A DNA stretch of 61,064 nucleotides, filler included, from Ionaspis alba (lineage: Eukaryota): NCBI GenBank assembly GCA_964255285.1. It is 6 parts of 6 records of this genome, joined end to end, with 100 filler letters (N's around TTAATTAATTAA, not from the genome) between each part and the next. Parts side by side here need not be neighbours in the genome. Positions count along the whole stretch, not along the records: positions 1 to 10,117 come from CAXUUL010000623.1; positions 10,218 to 20,334 come from CAXUUL010000624.1; 4 more parts are not named here. The stretch is one strand, 5' to 3'. Below the pieces are notes generated by a model. The model searched no databases. It saw only the letters and a program-made list of their open reading frames with translations, and was not told the origin of the DNA. This document shows, piece after piece, positions 1 to 12,483 of the stretch; the first letter of the stretch is position 1, and every line of letters begins with the position of its first letter. A program made the position numbers and the translations under genes.

Positions 1-1034
1 GACTGTCGGCCGAATTGGTTCAAGTATGTTGGAATGGGATAGATAAATGGACAATGTCGGAGCAACGAATTTTCAGGAAGCCATGTAATACCATATTGTG
101 TAACATCAATGTTCGAGGTATGGGTGAGGAGATAGTCCGGGATTATCTCAGTTCAGCGATCGTCAGCTCACCGCTAAACTTGTAAATCATTTATTCCAAT
201 GGTCATCTCTCAGATGTCTTAGCAAGCCCATGTTCCCAAGCGTGACTAGCTAGGCTCGTGAATGCCAATCATACAAACCACTATAGTAGATGCTCGAGAA
301 ATCACTCTTGTCATCCTTTTGAGACACCAGTTCCGAATCAAGGTGCAAAAAGCGCGTGCATCATACCTGCAGCAACTAGAAGAGGCGTCCATGCCCAATG
401 ATGTAGATCTTGACCGTGCGGCGTTGCTGCCCTCTCAGAATCTCGTCGCTAATATACCTGACACACTCCTCAAGCCTGCTCACTATTACTCATACTTCAC
501 CAAGAGGAAGGGCTAAAACGGTGCTCTGGAGTCCATTGAAGTATTTCTTGTTCTCTTCATGATGACCAAATGTCTTTGACAGGTCCTGGAGTGTTGTCTC
601 CTGGGCGCGTTGCGCGTTGAAGCAAAGCCGGGAGTGCTTCCCGTAAGGCGGACGCCAGCAGGGGCCTCGCCTGTGGCTTGATACCTGGCGCGGCTCCCCT
701 AAAATTTCCATCCTGGACTTCAAAATCGAGGAGAATTTCCGCTCGAACAACCAGTATTCAATCTTCTCGACATCTTTCACCAGCATCCCGCCACTCCTTT
801 GACATTGCCGGTCTTTCTGTAAGAAAGCTGGTACAAGTCCATCTTTTCAGAACCAAAAGCACCTTCTTCCGTCGCTTCCCACACCGGTTATTGTACTTCG
901 AATAAATACTTTGTCTATCCTTGCCTGCACGATTACCATTTATCGACCAGTCCCTGTAGTGTCTGAGTATTAAGAACGAGGATAGCGTGCCCTGCAGCAG
1001 CAGCAGGTTCAACAGAAGAAGGTATCCAGACACG

Positions 1035-3180
1035 ATGGCTAGCACTCAGGGTCCAAAACCAGCCCTCGACCGATATGTGGTCATTCATGTCGCTACAACT
1101 TGTGATGAGCACGGGGTATATGTTACCAAAGACTCCGCCGAAGTCATCGAGCTTGGATGGATCTTGCTAGATGCAAAGAGCTGCGAGGAGGCGAGTAATG
1201 ATCCAGAGGAAGTCACTTCTTGGTTGATATACGTACTAACGTTTTATCCTTCAGCTACACCGCGAGAGTATACTCGTAAAGCCAATCAATACCCCAATTA
1301 CTCCACTCTGCAGTAAGTCTGCCTCTATTCTGAGTCAGTGCTCCACAAGTGCGGCCCTTGAAGCTAATGTACTTCACAGCCAGTCTGACTACCTTGACCT
1401 GGGAACATGTGCGAAGTGCAGGTACATTCCGAGATGCCATCAACCGATTCGATAGTTTCGCTCAAGAGCACCTGCTACCAAAAAATCTCGAGTTCTCCTT
1501 CGTCACCCTCGATTCCTGGGACCTTCGTGTTCAACTTCCTCGAGAAGCTCGTGACAAAGCCGTCGTTCTCCCACCGTACCTACAACATTCCCGCACTTTC
1601 GACCTACGCACCGAGTATCAGCGTTGGCAACAATACCACCCGGAGTCTCTTCCCTTCGGTCCGAGCTCTCTAGCCAACATTTGTGCTGCACTTGAAGTAG
1701 AGCCTGTGCAATCATCTGCACCGATCAAGCACAATCTACCATTCCATTTGCAGGCACTAGCACCCGCATCACCAAGACGTGCAATGGAAGAAGCTGTTAC
1801 CTTGGCTCGAGTCTTACGTGGACTTATTCGAAAGTCCCAGCCTCCCCATGAGCATGCTGATGTGTTGACCCGGCCCATGGATGCCAGAGCAGATGTTCGA
1901 GCCTTCTTGTCAGAGCGGAGCAAAGTACTGCATATGAGTGGACTTCCACACGATACTACTCAGTCAGAACTCGAGAGTTGGTTTACTCAATTTGGAGGAC
2001 GTCCTATTGCATTCTGGACACTCCGTACTCCGGATCAGCATAAGCCAACCGGCTCGGGATTTGCTGTTTTCTCTTCGCACGAGGAGGTTAGTTGCTCTTG
2101 TTTATCTCTCTTTTTTGGCAATGACCTACTTCATGATTCATCCCTTTCGTTAAGCTTATATTGGAGTGCCTTTGTGACGAAAATTTCTTGGTTCTTATTT
2201 CTGACATCGACGCAACGCAGGCAGCAGAGAGTCTGTGCATGAACGGACGTGCTTTGAACGAGAAAGCCATCGAGGTCTCGCCATCCTCAAGCCGCGTTCT
2301 CGATCGTGCCGCGGAAATTCTTACTCCATTCCCACCAAGCAAAAACCGCCCAAGACCAGGCGACTGGACCTGCCCGTCATGCGGATTCTCCAATTTTCAG
2401 CGTCGTACTGCTTGCTTCCGTTGCTCGTACCCCGCTGTTTCGGGGGGTCCAGGTGGTGACCCTATGGGCTACTCGAGCTATGGATACGGTACCCCTCACA
2501 TGATCGGACCTCCTCATCATCACATGGGTGGCGGTCATCATGGTGGTCACGGAATGGGTCATTCGCGAGGCATGGGTGGTGGTGGTGGAATGGTACCATT
2601 CAGAGCTGGAGATTGGAAGTGTGGATCTGAAGGCTGTGGTTACCACAACTTCGCCAAGAATATCAGCTGTCTTCGTTGTGGTGCCAGTCGTGCTGGAGCC
2701 GCTGTTGTAGCCGATTCTTCTTTTAATTCGCCTATGGAACCACCCTCGGGATACGGTATGGGACCCCCCTCTATGACCGGAACTCCCGGAACCGGGCCTT
2801 TTGCGTCCGCCACCGGTGGATATGGATCCGGCAGTTATGGCAACCAACAATATGGTGGTCCACCAAGCACATTCGCTCTCCCTGCCGGACTTGGAGCTCC
2901 GACCGGAGCATACCCACCTATGGGCGGAGGATATGGCCAATCTAGTATGGGACAAAGCGGCGGGCCTTTCGACAGCCGTGCAGCCGAGGCTGCGTTCTCT
3001 TCTGCAGGCAATGGTGCTCCATCGACTGGCGCCTCAAACGGTGCTTCTTACGGTAATGCTTACGGTAGCATGGATGGTGGCTCTGATCCCTTTGCGTTCC
3101 TCTCTTCTGGTCTCGGAAGCTTGTCTATGAACGACGACGCACGCAGAAACGGCACTAGTTCAAACAAGTCGCCAGCATAA
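1035..3180 (+). CDS. NRP1: NRP1/Arp-like RNA-binding protein: degenerate DEDDh-exonuclease-like domain + RRM + two RanBP2-type zinc fingers; exons 1035-1190, 1255-1312, 1380-2086, 2221-3180
   Basis: Spliced frame reads MASTQGPKPALDRYVVIHVATTC...SCEE|LHRESILVKPINTPITPLC|TSLTTLTWEH. RRM motifs VLHMSGLP and SGFAVFSSHEE|AAESLCMNGR. Zinc fingers RPGDWTCPSCGFSNFQRRTACFRC and RAGDWKCGSEGCGYHNFAKNISCLRC. Intron 1 is GC-AG. Confidence 0.9.
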
Positions 3181-4304
3181 AAGAGTCACATATCAAGTCT
3201 TTTTCATTGGGTGGCTGTTGCATGGTATTATAGGTATGGATTAGATTGTACAAGTGTGGGAGTGGGAGGTCGAAGAATTGGGGACCGGTTGTTACAGAAA
3301 GCGATGGAGTTTCGTTGACTTTGTTCCCCCTCAAGGCAGCAAATCTTAATGCGGACTGGGATTGTCGATGTGTATTGTCGATGTGTTCAGGATACCGGCT
3401 GGGTCATAGATCTCCACTTCGTTTAAGCATAGCGGGATGGGGTGTGTCTTGGCGGTGTTGGCAGGTGGACTTGTCGAGTTATCGAATAGGAAAAAAGTTA
3501 TGAGGGCAGAGGCATAGAATGGAAATGGGTGGTGTGGAAGTATGTGGGGGCATGGTGATTTGTTGCTGCGTGTATGCACATTTGTCTTTGCTGGCTTGTT
3601 TCTCATCTTTGTCGATCATGTACGTTTCCTTTGTCTCTCGTTCTATATCAGTAGCTCTGTGAAGATGGATGGCCGAATTTTGTTACATGGGGGAGATACC
3701 GGGCAGGATGAGTGGATAATGAAAGTGCGGTTTGATGGCTAGTTTGGTGATCTGCTCGGATCGCTTATTTGCCTCTGCTGAGGCTCTTTTGGATCTGGAG
3801 CAAACTTGTTGCTTGGACTGTGCTTACTTATCCAGAAAGCATCTCTGTACACTTGCAGACTCGACGGGCATTAATAGGAGTTGAGTAGTATGGCATTGCA
3901 AGTTAGGTAGTCTTCGGTAGTCCATTCAGATTTGTTTTGACCCGCGTGCATCACTATCGTGCCATTGGATTCTGTGACTAAAGCCTTGGATTATAGTAAC
4001 GACTACTAATTTCAAGGACGTCTTCGCATTCTCATGCTAGATCGGGCTGGGTGAAAAGAATCTCTAGTCGTGCATTCATACAAAAGACCGGGTCACATGA
4101 TTTGGTATTCAAGACTTGCAGCGGATCGGCCAATGAAGCGCGTCCGAACTTTTTGAATGTCAATAAGTCGGGGCTGCAGCATTTTTTGATCACGACCCCA
4201 AAGGTACTCAGATTTCTGTCCACTTATACGCTGATCGCTCTCACTGCCCTATCGACTATGCCTTGAGAACTGGGCAAATTTTTGAGCTAGTGCTCTCTAC
4301 CGTT

Positions 4305-6253
4305 ATGGAGAGATTACTCAAGGATTGGAGGCAGGATGCTATGAACAAACACCAGTACGAATCCGCCATATACATTGGAGACAAGCTGCTGGCGCTTACC
4401 AGTAAGTGTTGAGCCAGAAACATTCACGAGTATGCTGATGCTTATCAGACGATCCCAAGGACGCCTTCTGGCTTGCCCAAGTCCATTTCTCTACGGGCAA
4501 CTACACTCGGGCACAGAGCTTCCTCACAAAACATGATCTCATCGAACATAGCCCGTCGTGTCGCTACCTGGCTGCTCACTGCCAGATCAAACAGTCGAAA
4601 TATGAAGAGGCGCTGGCCATTCTAGGCGACAACAATCCCATACATCTCATATCTACATCGAGCAAGGCCAGACGGAAGCTACAGCACACAAGCGGAAATC
4701 TCAGGAATGGTACGGCAAAGGGAATCAAGGCCCTAGAGAGACCGGATCGAATCGAGGTGAGCGAGGAAAGGGACAGAGAAGATGCTTCCGACATCAAATT
4801 TCAGGCTGCCATGTGTTATCTCCGAGGACTCTGCCACGCTAAAAGAAATGCCTTTGACCGCGCGAAAGAATGCTACAAAGACGCCGTTCGAATCGACGTC
4901 CAATGCTTCGAAGCCTTTGATCAGCTCATGAAGAATTCCCTGATGTCTCCCGACGAAGAATGGGTCTTCCTCGATTCCCTCGACTTCGACTCCATTACCG
5001 TACCATCCTCCCCTTCAACCGCACAAGAAGCTGCCCACTTCGTCAAAATGCTCTACACGACCCGTCTCTCCAAATACAAGAATTCCGCAGGCTTCACCAC
5101 TGCGACGGAAACCCTAGAGTCGCATTACCGCCTCTCCCAAAACCCGGACCTCCTCCTTGCTAAAGCTGACCTTCTCTTCACGCAATGCCGATTCAAAGAT
5201 GCCCTAACCCTTACTACCTCTATCCTTGCCACGGACGAATACAACTTCGCCATCTACCCTTTGCATCTTGCTTGCTTGCACGAGCTGCATGAAACAAACA
5301 CCCTGTTCCTCCTCGCCCACCGACTCGCCGACCTACACCCAGACGAGCCATCGTCTTGGCTCGCGGTCGCCATCTACTATCTCGACACCGGCCGCATCGC
5401 CGAAGCCCGCCGCTTCTTCTCCAAAGCCAGCATGATGGATCCGCATTTTGGACCCGCTTGGATCGGCTTCGCCCATACTTTCGCCGCGGAAGGGGAACAC
5501 GACCAGGCTATCTCCGCCTACAGCACTGCGGCGCGCCTCTTCCAGGGCACACATCTACCTCAATTATTCTTAGGTATGCAGAATCTGCAGTTAAACAACA
5601 TGACTCTGGCGCAAGAGTACCTAAATGGTGCGCACCAGCTTTGTTCAACGGACCCGCTGCTGTTGAATGAGCTGGGTGTAGTGTTCTACCATCTCGATCA
5701 TCTGCCGCCGGCTATCGAACTTTTCAAGTCTGCATTGGCCATTGCGAAGGATATTGAGAGCGAGCCGAAGGCCTGGATAGCGACGAGGGCGAATTTGGGA
5801 CATGCTTATCGTAGGCAGAGGAAATGGAGTTCTGCGCTTAGAGAGTTCGAGGAGGTGTTGAGAGTGGGTGGCAAAGATGGAGGCGTGTTCTGTGCCAAAG
5901 GACTCGTACTGCTTGAAATGGGCAGGACAGCTGAGGCAGTGGCGGCACTGCACGAGGCACTTGGTGTTGGAGGACAGGACCCCGTTGCCACAGATTTGTT
6001 GGGCAGGGCATTGGAGGAAAATGCCAGGGTTTCAAGACCAAATGCAAGAGAGTTGGGGGACATTTGGGGCGACGATGTGAGTGACGATTTCAAGGATATG
6101 TTCAGGAGAAGGAAGGAGCGGGCTGGCGACACGGTAAGGAGGATTACGGAGAAGAGGAGACAGATGGAAGGTTCGGTCGTTAGGGAGGTGCATGACGTGG
6201 AGGGTGAGGTTGGCGAAGAGACGATGATGGAGGTCAGTGATGGGGATGGTTGA
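4305..6253 (+). CDS. CDC16: Anaphase-promoting complex TPR subunit Cdc16/Cut9 (APC6); intron 4402-4448
   Basis: N-terminus MERLLKDWRQDAMNKHQYESAIYIGDKLLALT|NDPKDAFWLAQ is in frame with ORF 4757-6253. TPR motifs ARRFFSKASMMDPHFGPAWIGFAHTFAAEGEHDQAISAYSTAARLFQG and DPLLLNELGVVFY. Confidence 0.93.
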
Positions 6254-6672
6254 TGAAGATGACGGGAAAGTTGATCGATCATGCGAACCTGCCGGCTGGA
6301 GTAAATATGAGTGGCTGTGGGAAAAGCTGAGCATTGCTGGCGCAGGAAGATTTCGGTAGTGTATCAATACCTATGGATTCCGATCGTGCATGGAGGTGAC
6401 TGAGGGGTCCTCGCGGACGGTAAACGAGAACTCTTCTCAGAACGAAAATATTCAATTAATGTTGTACAATATCTAGCAAAAAGTCGCCATTAGATTTGTA
6501 CCATATGAAGTATTGTCCCTGGCGAGAAGAATTATCTTCTGAGGCCCCTTGACTTGATTTAAGCAAGCAGCTTACCATTTCAGAATTTTTCTGTCTTGCG
6601 AAATCTAGTGCCTCTGATGTGATTCCTCTGTCGCCATGACCTAGAGAGTAATGCCTGCGGTTCAGGAGGCCC

Positions 6673-8310
6673 TTATAGTAGACCTTGTTTTTGCAGACTA
6701 GAGACGTGTATGTCAGCCAGTCTCTTCCCATCGTCAGAGCGGAACGATAAGGGTGAACATACTCGTAATAGACCTTCTCTGGCATCACGTTCCCCTCGGC
6801 ATCCTCCATTTGCACGACTCCATCCCCTTTCCCGCCTTCCACCTTCTTGTCTCGCTGGATCTTATCCCACAATTTCAGCGCATCCTCAATCCCCGTGATC
6901 TCTCTGAATAAACTTGTCGTAGTGATGCCTAAACACTTCAAGCCATAGATGTGCCGCGCCTCATTGAAATGTTTATCAAATGCTCTCCGCCCCATGTACA
7001 CAAAATTCCCGCATATTTCGCACGGAAACTCAACGCCTAATCCGTGCAGCTTGTATAGCCAGTAAGGAATTGGCTTGCCGTCCCAGGCTAGGGGTAACTT
7101 GAGGGGGTTGTAGATTTTCTCGTCAGCGTCGGAGTCGGAGTCTGAGTCTGCGTGAGCCGGGAGATTGTCCGCGCTCTCGGCGAAGAGGGCGTCGAGTTCT
7201 TGTTGGCGTTCTCGTTCTGTCATGCCTTGTTTGCGTTCAACATTGATTCGTGTGTCAGCACGAGTAGTCTGGAGGAGAGAGGCGAGTCTTGAGGTGCGGT
7301 ATTCGCGCTCGGCAATTGCGCGCTGCTTTAGGCTGTGAACTGTTGGCCCTGAAGGTTTGGAGTGGCCATTTGTGGTCGTCCCATTAGTCGTGGCACCTTG
7401 GGCTTTTCGGGCTTCCGCAGCTTTGATGTGTTTTTTCCCGTTTAGATGGGCTTTGTAAACATTATCGTTTTTAAATTCCTTTTCACATTCTGGACACCAG
7501 ATACCTTCGCCGGTGCCTTCTGTAATGGGAGCTGTAGGTCCCGATACTTGGGTCTCCTCAGTCCACCCTGGAACTGTCTTTAATTCCCAGGCTTTCTCGA
7601 ATTCGGCATCAAACGAGGAAAAGACTTTGTCTAGGTCATCCAAGGGCCTCGTTCGTCTCAGGAAGTCTTCAAGATAGGATGATAGACGCCCAACGTAGTT
7701 GAAGTATTGATCTGTGGTCTTCTCTGCCCTTTTGATAGGATTCTGTGGAGGTACGAATGTGTCGAAACTGTCCAGATATTGTAAATATGACAACCTCTTC
7801 ACACCTTGCAGATTCAAATAATCTTCGTGGAGGGTTGTGAGATCCAAGAACTTTCCAAATGCCTCCTCTCCCGTAAACATGTTATCTACCTCTGCCGTCG
7901 TCGATTCTCCCTCCCCAGGTGCCTTCCTCTTGTACGCCCTCTCGAGATTCTCCACACCTTCATTTGGGTATCTCCGATGAAAGTCCTTGATCTCTCCTAA
8001 TTGTTTGTAGAACTCATCGAAGGGCTCTCCAGTAGAAATAGCCTGTATCTCGTGTGCGCGAGCACCCTCAGTGTCGTTGTAGATTTCTATCAATCGCTTG
8101 GACTGTTCTTGGATGCGAGTGAGGAAGCCAGAGATCTGATGATCGCGGTTTAGCCGGTCTCGAACCTACAGCACACGAGTCAGTGTTGTAGAGACATGGT
8201 GGAAGAATATTGAAGCTTACATGTTTTGGATCCTCGGATAGTCGGTCACTAATACCCTGCTCCAGCCTTTCGAGGTCCTCATGGAGAAATCTCTGCTCTT
8301 CAAGGAGCAT
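6673..8310 (-). CDS. PRP9: Splicing factor 3a subunit 3 (Prp9/SF3A60/sap61); introns ~8167-8220 and ~6698-6761
   Basis: MLLEEQRFLHEDLERLEQ start; KIYNPLKLPLAWDGKPIPYWLYKLHGLGVEFPCEICGNFVYMGRRAFDKHFNEARHIYGLKCLGI; spliced C-terminus EDAEGNVMPEKVYYDLQKQGLL*. Confidence 0.95.
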
Positions 8311-8614
8311 GATGTTGGCAAAGTATGGAGTTGCAGCGCGTTAGGGGATCCACGAACTCGAGGTATCCGTCTTGTCAATCAGGAATGCCTCGGACTAAGG
8401 GAGGAAATGTGTGGCAGCGTGGAAATTCTTCTGCAATGATCGGGTGGAGGTAATAAAGAAGTCGGAAGCTCGTTGGCCAATCACGAGCTAGGGGAATACC
8501 TTGCGGGACCCTTGTCGCGACTTTCCGTCAGCTCTTATATCACTTCGAAAACAATATCGGTTCTCTAGCATCAAACCAAAACCGCTCAAAGTCAACAACA
8601 GTAAGTCATTCATC

Positions 8615-9967
8615 ATGGCAGAAGGTATCGACAGGAAAGCCGAGGGTAAGTTCCATTGTCCTTTCTTCGACGGCAGCTTCACTCACCCTACGCAGAGAGG
8701 ATGGAGTTCTCAACTTCGAAGGAGGTTACGGTTGCGCCAACCTTTGAGGCCATGCACTTGAAGGAGAATCTCTTGCGAGGAATATATGCCTATGGATACG
8801 AGTCGCCATCTGCGGTTCAGTCTCGTGCTATCGTTCAGATCTGTAAAGGACGAGATACCATTGCACAGGCTCAATCTGGGACAGGAAAGACAGCTACTTT
8901 CTCCATCAGCATGCTTCAAGTTATCGATACGGCTGTCAGAGAGACTCAGGCATTGGTCTTATCACCCACCCGGGAACTCGCCACGCAAATTCAGTCAGTA
9001 GTGATGGCTCTGGGAGACTACATGAATGTGCAATGCCATGCCTGCATCGGAGGAACGAATGTTGGAGAGGACATTCGAAAGCTCGATTACGGCCAGCACA
9101 TTGTATCCGGGACACCAGGTCGTGTTGCAGACATGATCCGCCGCCGCAATTTACGAACTCGCCACATCAAGATGCTCGTTCTGGATGAAGCCGACGAGCT
9201 TCTCAATCGTGGTTTCAGAGAGCAAATCTACGACGTCTACCGCTACCTCCCTCCCGCTACGCAGGTCGTCGTCGTCTCTGCCACTCTTCCCTACGATGTC
9301 CTCGATATGACTACGAAATTCATGACAGATCCTGTCCGCATCCTGGTCAAGCGTGATGAATTGACCTTGGAAGGACTTAAGCAATACTTCATCGCCGTGG
9401 AGAAGGAGGAATGGAAGTTCGACACCCTCTGTGATCTGTACGATACGCTCACCATTACTCAAGCAGTCATCTTCTGCAATACTCGCAGAAAGGTCGACTG
9501 GCTGACCGATAAGATGCGGGAGGCTAACTTCACTGTCTCGTCCATGCACGGAGAGATGCCTCAGAAAGAGCGAGATAGTATCATGCAGGACTTCCGCCAG
9601 GGCAACTCCCGTGTGCTCATTTCCACCGATGTCTGGGCTCGTGGAATCGATGTCCAGCAGGTATCGTTGGTCATCAATTATGATCTGCCGAGCAATCGTG
9701 AGAACTACATCCACCGTATTGGACGAAGCGGAAGGTTCGGACGGAAGGGTGTGGCCATCAATTTTGTCACTAGTGAAGATGTACGCATCCTGCGTGATAT
9801 TGAGCGTACGTGTCTTCTTTGGACTGTGTAGGTTTGACACTAATGGCAAAACAGTATACTACTCCACTCAGATCGACGAGATGCCAATGAATGGTAATTT
9901 GCTTGAACACCCGATCTTTCTGAAGCGACTAATACTAACTTTCCCAGTTGCTGATCTATTGTCCTGA
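8615..9967 (+). CDS. FAL1: DEAD-box RNA helicase eIF4A-III/Fal1 (exon junction complex core); 3 introns
   Basis: [21 protein letters not shown]; motifs [59 protein letters not shown]; spliced end [19 protein letters not shown]. Confidence 0.96.
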
Positions 9968-10117
9968 TCGATGATTACGACCTCAAGTTTATGTTCTAGT
10001 CTCACCTGCGATTGAATCATCCCTCGAAGCATTTCCGGAAGCCTTCTCTGTTGATACGAGGGTCAGTGTTGTGCAGGGTTATTGGGAGCACCTTACGTGC
10101 GTGGAATAGTGGGCCAT

Positions 10118-10217
10118 NNNNNNNNNNNNNNNNNNNNNNNNNNNNNNNNNNNNNNNNNNNNTTAATTAATTAANNNNNNNNNNNNNNNNNNNNNNNNNNN
10201 NNNNNNNNNNNNNNNNN
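10118..10217. other. Assembly linker gap (N44-TTAATTAATTAA-N44) between scaffolds
   Basis: Literal N run with a spacer carrying stop codons in all frames. Confidence 0.97.
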
Positions 10218-10345
10218 CCTGACTCTGCCCTATCACAATACGTCACATCAACAATCCAACACCGAGCCCCTTTGATTCGTGGCATTCGCATTATTTAGAT
10301 CCAGAACTATTCCTCTTCTAATGAGTTGTTGAACAGTACATAATC

Positions 10346-11486
10346 ATGGCACAAGATCCTAGAGCGCTCCTGCAAAAGGTCTGCTCTTCTCAACCTATTT
10401 CCCCGCTATAACCACTCCCAAACCCTGACGCTGGTGTCCAACTACAGGCAGACAAAGCGGCTGCAGGCGCAGGAGGTGGCTTCAGCTTCTTTGGTGGCCG
10501 GTCAGAGAAATATGAAAATGCTGCAGATCTCTATACACAAGCCGCGAATGCCTTTCGAATGCAAAAGCAAGGTGTGTCATATGCCACTTTGTCCCATACG
10601 CCGCTTATCCCGATGCTCCGTCTATAGGCAAGGAAGCCGGCCTAGCATTCGAGCGAGCTGCAGCGATACAAACAAAACAGCTCAATGAGCCAGATGACGC
10701 CGCGAATACACTCACAGAAGCCTTCAAAGCATACCGGAAGACCGATCCCGAAGATGCGGCAAGAGTATTACAGCAGGCTATCAGTCACTACACCATGAAG
10801 GGAAACTTCAGAAGAGCGGCGACGCATCAGCAGAATTTAGCTGAAGTATATGAGGTAGAAATTGGAGACCAGAAGAGAGCTGTAGAAGCATATGAGACTG
10901 CGGCTGGGTGGTATGAGAGTGATAATGCTGAGGCGTGAGTATCGCAGAGTCTCTGCCGGGGAATACTATGCGACAGATATGGAGGAATGTACTGATGAGG
11001 TGGCAGACTTGCGAATAAGCTGTTCCTCAAGGTCGCCGACCTCGCTGCGCTCGAGGGAGAATACTATAAGGCGATTGAGAATTACGAAAGAGTTGCGAAA
11101 TCGGCCGTCAATAACAATTTGATGAAGTGGTCTGTTAAGGACTATTTTCTCAAAGCTGGCATATGTCATCTGGCCAGCGGCGTACGTGCCCCGATTCCCT
11201 TCCTGCACTACCACCCTGCTCTTACTGACATTCCACCTTTTTGTAGGACATGGTCGCCACTTCCCGAGCGCTCGAAGCCTATCGTGAGCTCGACCCCACC
11301 TTCATGTCAACCCGTGAGCATCAGCTTCTTGTCGATCTGGCCGAGACGGTTGAGACTGGCGAGCAGGAAGCATTTGCGGAGAAGTTGTTTCAGTTTGACC
11401 AGTTGAGTAAGCTAGACAAGTGGAAGACGACGCTGTTGTTGAGGGTGAAGAACGGTATCGAGGAGAAGGGAGAGGACTTCTCGTGA
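10346..11486 (+). CDS. SEC17: Alpha-SNAP, vesicular-fusion protein Sec17; 4 introns
   Basis: MAQDPRALLQK|ADKAAAGAGGGFSFFGGRSEKYENAADLYTQAANAFRMQKQ ... NLMKWSVKDYFLKAGICHLA ... FDQLSKLDKWKTTLLLRVKNGIEEKGEDFS*, with GT-AG introns. Confidence 0.95.
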
Positions 11487-12483
11487 TGATAAAGATCTTG
11501 GTTGGGAGGGACTATGGGTCGGCGTTCGGGCTAAGAGCTCTCTCTGTGTATGAGGGGATATCCAATTGTATCGGGTCATTGCTTTGGTCTTGAATAGGAT
11601 ATCGTTGTGACTCAGGTCATTCTTCTTCCAAGTTCACTGGTCATCATGGACTGTGACAACACTGACAGAGTGGACAGCCATTTCGTTTATTCCTGGAAAC
11701 ATCACTGATAAGTGTATAGCCTCACGAGCACAGATGGACCCACTGTCATGATATACAAAATACAAAGTCTAATATTGGTCCCTTCCGGTTCCTTCGGATA
11801 GATATTTTCCAACAATTGGCAAAAAAATGGGGTCCGCGACGATTTAACCCTCGTGGACAGATATAAAGTACTTTCAGGCTCATGTTTGGACCTGGGGCAC
11901 ATGCGAGACTCATTGCCAGGCATGCTCACTTCTCACGTACTGGGTATGACTAGACAGATTGGTATCATCGTGACGAGGCTTCTAGAGCGCGAAAGAGAAG
12001 AATGCCCGTAGGCCAAGATTTAGGGAATGATTGCGGGATACATCCGCAAAGACATGGGAGTAAGCAAAGCCGTCTACAGCCAATCATCGTGAAGGTTAAA
12101 TGCTAGTGGGAGACCACAAAACCACCTGCCGTTATTTTCCTTTGCTTTTCGAACCTTGTAACTTTAGTGGGCGGTTCGTATCCTCAATCCGAAACTGCAG
12201 TCTCTCGCACACACACCTGAGCCATAGCTCTTCCTCAAAGTGGAGTAGAGCAACGATATCCATCCGATGCACCTTGTGCCGCTATGCATTCCATGCATAT
12301 CGTGCATAGCTCTTGCAAACAGGCAGCTAAGTATCCGTTCTCCGTTGTTTCACAGTCAGCATTGGTAAGAAAATGCGTGAATGCGATCACCTCTTTCAGT
12401 ACATGTAATATATGTCTACATGATACTCTCGCTCTCTTTTTTCCTCTCAAAAAACTTCACTGTCCTTACCAAGCTTCCTTACC

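Noticed and set aside
262..1045. Short ORFs upstream of the NRP1-like gene
   Set aside because: No recognisable domains or consistent splice model; likely promoter and UTR.
6456..6761. Extended C-terminus of PRP9 in the ORF track (545 aa)
   Set aside because: Produced by reading through the last intron; splicing restores the conserved DLQKQGLL* end at 6673.
9151..9849. Long antisense ORFs (232 aa opposite FAL1; also 2377-2955, 39617-40282, 45064-45831)
   Set aside because: Shadow ORFs of codon-biased or low-complexity genes on the opposite strand, with no motifs.
10162..10173. TTAATTAATTAA repeated every ~10.2 kb as a periodic biological repeat
   Set aside because: Always embedded in N runs; it is an all-frame stop linker added during assembly.
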